28,091 nt of DNA from an uncultured virus (IMG/VR IMGVR_UViG_3300011855_000048) (lineage: Duplodnaviria; Heunggongvirae; Uroviricota; Caudoviricetes). The position numbers were made by a program, and so were the translations under genes. Below, one piece after another: positions 17,172 to 22,774 of the stretch; positions within the stretch are counted from its first letter, which is position 1, and each line of letters starts with the position of its first letter. The notes beneath the pieces were generated by a model. It worked only from the letters and a program-made list of their open reading frames with translations, was not told where the DNA came from and did not search any database. Where the stretch lies: positions 62,001 to 90,091 of IMG/VR virus record IMGVR_UViG_3300011855_000048; one strand, written 5' to 3'.

Positions 17172-17650
17172 CACTCACCTCCCTGAATCTGTATGCCATC
17201 GTTATCTCGCAGGCAATCTGCCGCGCATATCAACTGCTCACGACGCAGATAGTCCATTGCCGATTCGCATAACTCACTGTTCAGGCCCGTTTTTTTCAAT
17301 GCACGGACTAAAACCTTTATCAGCATCACTAAATCGCCAACCGGAGCACTCCGCGTTTTCAGCGCCCGCTCTGCGGATTCGGCGCGGGACTCCAGCTCAG
17401 CTATGCGCGCGTCTTTTTCATCCGACTCCCGCATTAGCTCGCGGCGGTCAATTTTCAGCAACGCTACGTGTGACGTTGCGCCCTCCAGTTCGTCGAGCAG
17501 CGCCAGGATCTGCGCCGGACTATCGGTTAACGAATTGAACTCGGAACATTGGCGCGCAAACTCTGCAGGGTTGATGTCGCCATTAGCGTATTTTTCCGCT
17601 GCGGATTTTGCGCGCTCAGCGGCTACTCTCAGCTCTTTGATATCAGTCAT
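17171..17650 (-). CDS. Ead/Ea22-like protein
   Basis: ELRVAAERA and PAQILALLDELE motifs, coiled coil. Confidence 0.75.
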   Translation of the reverse strand: MTDIKELRVAAERAKSAAEKYANGDINPAEFARQCSEFNSLTDSPAQILALLDELEGATSHVALLKIDRRELMRESDEKDARIAELESRAESAERALKTRSAPVGDLVMLIKVLVRALKKTGLNSELCESAMDYLRREQLICAADCLRDNDGIQIQGGE

Positions 17651-17706
17651 GCTGCAGGTTCCTCGCTGCGATACATCATGATGGTGAGATTTCCCTTTGT
17701 GGTCAT
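17647..17706 (-). CDS. 19-aa mini-ORF bridging two genes
   Basis: MTTKGNLTIMMYRSEEPAA; ATGA overlaps at both ends; GGAGG RBS. Confidence 0.5.
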   Translation of the reverse strand: MTTKGNLTIMMYRSEEPAA

Positions 17707-18083
17707 TTGGATGCCTCCGCGCGCAGCTGCTGTGCGAACTCTAACGCGTCAGTATTTGTGATATCAGCGTGCATCTGCTGTTCGAACATCTCCACGCCCT
17801 GCGCCCGCAGTTCAGCAATCGCCGCGTCGGTGGCCGGTGTTTCTACTGCGTAGAATTCATCCATTGCCGCTTCCAGAGCGATTTGCTCGCAAGCCACCTC
17901 TGCGCGACCTTGGATTCCTACACCCTCGCCATTTAGCCGCTCATGCATTTCATTAAGCTTGTCGCCAAACGACTTGAGTGCCGCATTCTCCGCCGCCAGC
18001 GCCGCCACCCTCGCCTCCAGATTTTTCACCGTGGCTTCGTATGCGCGAAGTTCGCGCTCCAGTTCTTCGTATGTTGGTTTCAT
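17703..18083 (-). CDS. Ead/Eae-region coiled-coil hypothetical protein
   Basis: LAAENAALK and ETPATDAAIAELRAQGVEM motifs common in lambdoid accessory genes. Confidence 0.72.
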   Translation of the reverse strand: MKPTYEELERELRAYEATVKNLEARVAALAAENAALKSFGDKLNEMHERLNGEGVGIQGRAEVACEQIALEAAMDEFYAVETPATDAAIAELRAQGVEMFEQQMHADITNTDALEFAQQLRAEASK

Positions 18084-18403
18084 GCCTTTGCGCTCCCGAA
18101 TATTTTATGAACCTGATACCCCTGCCAGCTCTGGCGACACTGCTCTGTGATACTCACGCGCTGGCGCTTTGGCTTTTCTGCTGCTGGCTTAATCGGCTTG
18201 AGATTGATATCGCCGCGGCGCAGCCTGTAAACCGGGTGATAGAGTCGACCAACGTTGGACACGACCCCGGAACGTACCAGGTGCTCCAGCAGGCGATTGG
18301 CTTTTTTGCAGTCGCAGTCCACCAGCGCGCGCACCTCTCTTGGCGTTATCTCTCCCTGCTCCCGCATCGCGTTCACAATTTTCCAGAGGTTTTCGCTAGC
18401 CAT
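18080..18403 (-). CDS. Winged-helix protein downstream of P
   Basis: ATG 18403 overlaps P stop; ITPREV...KANRLLEHLVRSGVV; CRQSWQGYQVHKIFG tail. Confidence 0.7.
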   Translation of the reverse strand: MASENLWKIVNAMREQGEITPREVRALVDCDCKKANRLLEHLVRSGVVSNVGRLYHPVYRLRRGDINLKPIKPAAEKPKRQRVSITEQCRQSWQGYQVHKIFGSAKA

Positions 18404-19095
18404 CAGTGTCTCCCCTGTTCTTCGATGCGATTGCGTTTCGCCAGCAGCAGCTCGATAGGCGTCGGACCTGCGGCTGCCGTCGGTGCAGCCAGCGCCCTGC
18501 GGATCGGAGGGGTTGGCTTTCCGGCCAGTGCCCGCTTTTCCCACTCGTGCAGAATTTCCCCAGCAGCACGCAGCAGCTCCTTCTCGCTCAGCTGCCCCTC
18601 GGTGCCGCGGCGGCGCAGCTCCAGGCAGACGTGGTAATACAGCGGGTTTTTGTCGCGCCAGGGGAATTGCTCGCTGGTAGGGTAGCGAAACACCAGCTTC
18701 CGCCAGCGCCAGTATTCACCGACGATGTCGTCAACGGTCACGCCTAGCGCACCGCCGCTTTCACGGCACCACGCGATGAACTGCCCAGGCGACGGCAGGA
18801 ACGGCTTTTCCTGGCGGCGCGCGACGCGCATCCCGGCTTTGACCTGCTCCATCGTGGTTATCCCGTTCTCGACAAATGCCAGGGTCCACTGCCCGCGAAT
18901 GGTGTCCAGGTCGCCCTGCGTGCGGTTGGCCAGCGCCGCCGGTAACGCCGCCAGGAGCTGCGCAAACACGCTGTTGATGATTTGGGCCACCTGCTCCAAC
19001 TGCGGGCGCTCCTGGTACTGCTCTGGCAGGTTGTGAGCAACGCGGCGCATCTGCTCGCGGTCGAGGTTGTGCATGCTCTCTGCGATGTTTCTCAT
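18403..19095 (-). CDS. P: Replication protein P (helicase loader)
   Basis: QWTLAFVENGITTMEQV.AGMRVAR.QEKPFLPSPGQFIAWC, lambda P signature. Confidence 0.92.
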   Translation of the reverse strand: MRNIAESMHNLDREQMRRVAHNLPEQYQERPQLEQVAQIINSVFAQLLAALPAALANRTQGDLDTIRGQWTLAFVENGITTMEQVKAGMRVARRQEKPFLPSPGQFIAWCRESGGALGVTVDDIVGEYWRWRKLVFRYPTSEQFPWRDKNPLYYHVCLELRRRGTEGQLSEKELLRAAGEILHEWEKRALAGKPTPPIRRALAAPTAAAGPTPIELLLAKRNRIEEQGRH

Positions 19096-19997
19096 TCCAG
19101 CACCCCGTAGATCCAGTCGGTGTTATTCAGGTCGATTGCCGGTTTCCCAGCACCGCCGCCGGCGGCCAGCTTGGACCGCTTGATGTCGAGCTGTGTCCAC
19201 TTTTCCCTGAGGGTGGCCGGGCACAGCACGTTGCCCTTCCAGAAGCTGTCCTCGCAGGCCCACTGGAACAGCACGGCGATTTCCCGGTGGGACCGGTGGT
19301 CGCGTTCGCGCATCAGGCGCACATCGTTCGCCCAGGTGGCATAGTTCGGTTTTTTTGCAGTGGGGGCGATGCCCTGCAGGACTTTGAAGAGCCATTCTGC
19401 GCAGCGGAGGTCTTCTGAGTTACCCCACTTGGTTCCGTTCTGGATCGCAGCATCAGGACGAACAACGGGAGGTTTATTTTTTGAGCTGTCAGAGGATTCG
19501 CCAGAATTCTCGGACGAAGAGGTTTTATTACTGTTCTTGTTCTTGTATTGGGTGTCTACCGTTTCCGGGAAGACTTTTCCCGTTTTCGGGAAGGATTTTC
19601 CCGATTTCGGGATTTTTCTTCCCGTTTTCGGTTTGTCTAAAATCCAGGCAGAAAGCTCAGTATTTACACCGACGGTTTTCATCACGCCCTGCTTGCGCGA
19701 GAAGATAATCTGGCGCTCTGCGAGAGACCTCAGTGCGTCCGATACATGCGTGTCGCTAAGCCCCGTCAGCTCAGCTATTACCGTGTTAGTTACGCGGTCA
19801 CTTTTTTTATTCCAGCCGTAGGTAATCCAAATCACCGCCTCCAGACACTGCCACTCCCTGCCCGACATGCGCAGGCGCGGCTTAAGCTGCTGGATCTCGT
19901 TCGCGATTTTGGTATACCCGTTCGACAGGTCGGCCATACGACCTCCCGGTTGTTCGGTATTGTTTGGAAAATTGATAATTTCAGCGGTATTTGACAT
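19092..19997 (-). CDS. O: Replication initiator O
   Basis: MSNTAEII...ADLSNGYTKIANE...TYGWNKK and WANDVRLMRERD...FWKGNVLCP.TLREKW; contains iterons. Confidence 0.92.
   Translation of the reverse strand: MSNTAEIINFPNNTEQPGGRMADLSNGYTKIANEIQQLKPRLRMSGREWQCLEAVIWITYGWNKKSDRVTNTVIAELTGLSDTHVSDALRSLAERQIIFSRKQGVMKTVGVNTELSAWILDKPKTGRKIPKSGKSFPKTGKVFPETVDTQYKNKNSNKTSSSENSGESSDSSKNKPPVVRPDAAIQNGTKWGNSEDLRCAEWLFKVLQGIAPTAKKPNYATWANDVRLMRERDHRSHREIAVLFQWACEDSFWKGNVLCPATLREKWTQLDIKRSKLAAGGGAGKPAIDLNNTDWIYGVLE
19559..19631. repeat. Replication origin iterons (4 copies, 21-bp period)
   Basis: CCCG-N4-CGGG-type palindromic units at about 19559, 19579, 19600, 19621; AT-rich tract adjacent at about 19520-19550. 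Confidence 0.85.
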
Positions 19998-20073
19998 ACT
20001 CACCCCGTGAATTGACTCAACTCGTTCACAACCCGAAGACACGGTGTGTTGGCGCACTCCGGTCTTCACCCAC

Positions 20074-20332
20074 TCAGAACAGCCCTTGCTGCGGCTGATT
20101 GCGCTTGCTGCGCTTTTTCTCGAACCGGTCAGAGGGAAGCTGCTGCTTCTCCGCCCAGACCCTGGCATGGCGCATAACATCATCAAATATTCTCCCCTTG
20201 CGACTGGCCTGTGACATGCGCTTGTACATATCGACTGCCTGGTATGCCCCCCCCCTGAGCCACTGCGACAGTAAACCCCTGTCGAATCAGCTCTTCGCGG
20301 ACGTGCTTTTCGATAAACTCGATGTGGTTCAT
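20074..20332 (-). pseudogene. Small gene between cII and O, frameshifted at a G9 tract
   Basis: With G8 it reads 85 aa (MNHIEFIEKHVREELIRQGF...QGGAYQAVDMYKRMSQASRKG...QQGLF); as given it stops after 49 aa at 20183. Confidence 0.7.
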
Positions 20333-20334
20333 TG

Positions 20335-20655
20335 CTAATCCCACCCCAGCGGCCCCGGCCGCGCGCGCTCAGCCTTCAGGCCTATGTCCGCCAGTGTCTC
20401 TACCGACGCCAGGTACTCTCGCGATACCAGCACCGCTTCCGGCGGCGCCGCCTGCACACCCAGGAACGCCAGCTCCCGCGCCATGTCAGTGAAGTGGCCG
20501 TCAGACTTCCGCCGGCTGGCGGCAGACTCACTGATGCTCATGTGCTCCGCGTAAGCCTTCTGGCCGACCGATGCAAGACGGTTGAGCAAAATGCTTTCTA
20601 TCTCAGCCGGTTTGAGGATCGGCGGTTCTAACTTGCGTGCGATTGACTTCTCCAT
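20335..20655 (-). CDS. cII: CII-family transcriptional activator
   Basis: IESILLNRLASVGQKAYAEHMSISESAASRRK HTH; position after cro. Confidence 0.85.
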   Translation of the reverse strand: MEKSIARKLEPPILKPAEIESILLNRLASVGQKAYAEHMSISESAASRRKSDGHFTDMARELAFLGVQAAPPEAVLVSREYLASVETLADIGLKAERARPGPLGWD

Positions 20656-20665
20656 TAGTGATACT
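20633..20665 (+). promoter_or_regulatory. PRE-like CII-dependent promoter
   Basis: TTGC-N6-TTGA at 20633-20646, 13 bp, then GATACT; same geometry and location (start of cII, antisense) as lambda PRE. Confidence 0.65.
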
Positions 20666-20672
20666 CCTGGTG

Positions 20673-20885
20673 TTATCGGTGAGTAATTGAATTGAGAATT
20701 TCTGATGCGCTAACCTGACCGTCGGTAGCAATTACGATTGACTTGATAAACCGAGAACCGATTTCAGCGCCATTAAGCCACTTGCTAACGGTTGACTGGT
20801 TTACGCCTGTTTTTTTAGCCAGCTCAGTTTGAGAACCTGCGATTACGATGGCGCGCTTAATTGCCTCGTTAATGATGACGCTCAT
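20673..20885 (-). CDS. cro: Cro-like (YdaS-type) HTH regulator
   Basis: AGSQTELAKKTGVNQSTVSKWL; AGGAG RBS; divergent from cI. Confidence 0.88.
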   Translation of the reverse strand: MSVIINEAIKRAIVIAGSQTELAKKTGVNQSTVSKWLNGAEIGSRFIKSIVIATDGQVSASEILNSITHR

Positions 20886-20889
20886 AAAA

Positions 20890-20986
20890 ATTCTCCTCTG
20901 CATAATTTTTAAGTGATTATGCGTTAGGGAATTTAAATGATCAAGTCTTACGAGACTTTGACTTGTAATTCTTTAGGGAATATTTT
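20890..20986. promoter_or_regulatory. OR region: three operators, PR and PRM
   Basis: ATKC-N6-GMAT at 20890-20903, 20919-20932, 20968-20981; PR (minus) TTGATC-17-CATAAT at 20916-20944; PRM (plus) TTGACT-17-TATTTT at 20958-20986. Confidence 0.75.
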
Positions 20987-20993
20987 TCGGGGT

Positions 20994-21590
20994 ATGAAAA
21001 CACTGAAAGAAAGACTGGCTTACGCCATGAGTTCGACTGGCAAAACTAACCAGACCGAACTCGGAAAGCAGGCAGGGGTACCGCAGTCATCCATATCTAA
21101 AATTCTTCGTGGGGATAGCGAGACGTCTCGCCACTCAGGTAAATTAGCTGCTGCCTTAGGGGTTAGCGCTGATTGGCTGATTAATGGTTCAGGCTCGATT
21201 TTTGGAGAGTCAACCCAACCATTACAGCCCATCGATGTTTCGAAGAACGTAAGGGTATATGACGCGGAGGGATTTACTGGCGACTACCTATCCTGGTTTA
21301 GCGAGTTACCAGAACACTTCCGGGCATATGTTATTCGGGCAAGAACCGGCATAGCGCAAACTCCGGCCGGGTCGATAGTCATCGTGGATCCAAAAACAAC
21401 CCCGTCAGCTGATGATCTCGTATTGGTGAGGCTTAAAGAATCAGTATCCGTTTTTCGTTATCACATTGGGGGTGACGGAGATGGCTTTTTGTCGGTAGAT
21501 GACGCAAGGGTTCCATTGGCCCCAGTTTCAGATTCGAGCTCAATCATAGGTGCGATCGTCCAAGTTTTTATTCCTGAATTGAATAAGTAG
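20994..21590 (+). CDS. cI: CI-like repressor (HTH plus degenerate S24-like domain)
   Basis: TLKERLAYAM...QTELGKQAGVPQSSISKIL...LGVSADWL; C-terminal GSIVIVDP...IIGAIVQ. Confidence 0.88.
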   Translation: MKTLKERLAYAMSSTGKTNQTELGKQAGVPQSSISKILRGDSETSRHSGKLAAALGVSADWLINGSGSIFGESTQPLQPIDVSKNVRVYDAEGFTGDYLSWFSELPEHFRAYVIRARTGIAQTPAGSIVIVDPKTTPSADDLVLVRLKESVSVFRYHIGGDGDGFLSVDDARVPLAPVSDSSSIIGAIVQVFIPELNK

Positions 21591-21693
21591 ACAACCCTCC
21601 GATCTGATGCCTGGGCGCTTGCATATCTCCCGGGCCCCATCCTCACATACAAAAACCCCATAAACCCCTCCCAACATACTAACCTCAAAAATA

Positions 21694-21735
21694 CTGTATG
21701 CAAATACAGTGTACATCCTGAAACTCAGTATTCAA
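21694..21735 (-). promoter_or_regulatory. LexA box and convergent promoter pointing into cI
   Basis: taCTGTATGCAAATACAGtg at 21694-21709; minus strand TTGAAT-16-TACACT overlapping it. Confidence 0.8.
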
Positions 21736-21743
21736 GCAAAAAA

Positions 21744-21828
21744 ATCCCCACAAGAATTACGCAAAAAATCCTCATAGGAATATTTTTATAAAGTCTCTAT
21801 TGACTAAAATTATTCTCTATCGCATAGT
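21744..21828 (+). promoter_or_regulatory. OL region and PL
   Basis: Operator-like ATYC-N6-GMAT at 21744-21757, 21768-21781, 21812-21825; TTGACT-17-CATAGT at 21800-21828. Confidence 0.75.
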
Positions 21829-21909
21829 TACCTCATCAACAACGCACAACGCGCAGCAGGTTTCAACGTTCTGGCAGCCGGGAAGACGGCAGCGATAAGC
21901 GAGGCACAC

Positions 21910-22128
21910 GTGGAAAGCAAAGATTTAGTGGTGATAAACGGTCAGCTTTGCAGCAAAGACATTGCGTTGCTGCTTATTGAGAAGACCTTACCCACCGTTC
22001 TTGAGGTGGTGGCAGAGAAGGTGAAGTGCGGAAGGCCTGATGCTGAGGTTAAAGAAGCGGCAGCAACTGTGGTTAATGCCGCTATTTCAGCAATTAGTTT
22101 GAAGAGCCTAATTGCTCCCAAAGCTTGA
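21910..22128 (+). CDS. First PL gene, 72-aa hypothetical protein
   Basis: GAGG RBS and GTG start. Confidence 0.6.
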   Translation: MESKDLVVINGQLCSKDIALLLIEKTLPTVLEVVAEKVKCGRPDAEVKEAAATVVNAAISAISLKSLIAPKA

Positions 22129-22288
22129 TAGATTCAGCGCTTTTTTCCTCTTCTCTTTTGGATAGAAGGGAGAGGAAATCAACTTCAGAGCGCTCTACTT
22201 CGGCAAGAAACTCTTCCGGAGTGACGTCATCTGGTTGGGTGGTGGCGTAGGCAACTGAAAGGAGCCAGGCCTTATCTTCTTTTTTCAT
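22094..22288 (-). CDS. 64-aa acidic protein, counter-oriented moron
   Basis: ATG 22288 (MKKEDKAWLLSVAYA...); extended -10 TGGTATGCT upstream at 22320-22328. Confidence 0.65.
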   Translation of the reverse strand: MKKEDKAWLLSVAYATTQPDDVTPEEFLAEVERSEVDFLSLLSKREEEKSAESIKLWEQLGSSN

Positions 22289-22372
22289 AGTTTCTCTTTG
22301 CTGGTTGTGTGGAAGCTCCAGCATACCACCGAGCCTGAAGTGGTGAAAAGACAGGCATAACGGGAGGAAATT

Positions 22373-22489
22373 ATGGTTGATTTCGCACGTAAACCGGCAC
22401 GCCAACAGGCCATTCGTCTTGGCCGCTGCGGCGCTGCTGTTCGCCGGCTCTGCTATCTGCTGGCGCAGAAGGGGGATCCAAATGCTTAA
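22373..22489 (+). CDS. 38-aa small early phage protein (not in ORF track)
   Basis: GGGAGG RBS; MVDFARKPARQQAIRLGRCGAAVRRLCYLLAQKGDPNA; overlaps next start. Confidence 0.72.
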   Translation: MVDFARKPARQQAIRLGRCGAAVRRLCYLLAQKGDPNA

Positions 22490-22640
22490 GAAATGCGCGT
22501 ACTGCCGCAAACCGCTCGAAGAGGGTCAGGAAGTCAAGATGACGATCCTCATCATTCAGGGCTCGCAGCTGCAGCCTGTGGAAAGGAAGTATTGCTCTAA
22601 GCAGTGCGGTCAATACGACCAGATGGCCAACGAGGCCTAA
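22482..22640 (+). CDS. ydaE: YdaE-family zinc-binding protein
   Basis: ATG 22482; KCAYC...RKYCSKQC..DQMANE resembles Rac YdaE; upstream of recE. Confidence 0.7.
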   Translation: MLKKCAYCRKPLEEGQEVKMTILIIQGSQLQPVERKYCSKQCGQYDQMANEA

Positions 22641-22643
22641 CGT

Positions 22644-22662
22644 AAAAACCCGCCGAAGCGGG
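22644..22662 (-). terminator. Intrinsic terminator on antisense strand
   Basis: Minus strand CCCGC-TTCG-GCGGG-TTTTT. Confidence 0.75.
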
Positions 22663-22774
22663 CCTGTACGTCCGGTGATACCGCCAAGTCGCACCGGAAA
22701 TTACACCAACCAATGAACACCCCATGGGCGCTATCAATGGCCCGGGCATTCTAACACCCAAAAACGAGGGTCCT

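Noticed and set aside
14702..17174. HNH plus MTase as a restriction-modification system
   Set aside because: Both lie in the repressed early lytic operon, are not adjacent, and resemble common stand-alone phage accessory genes
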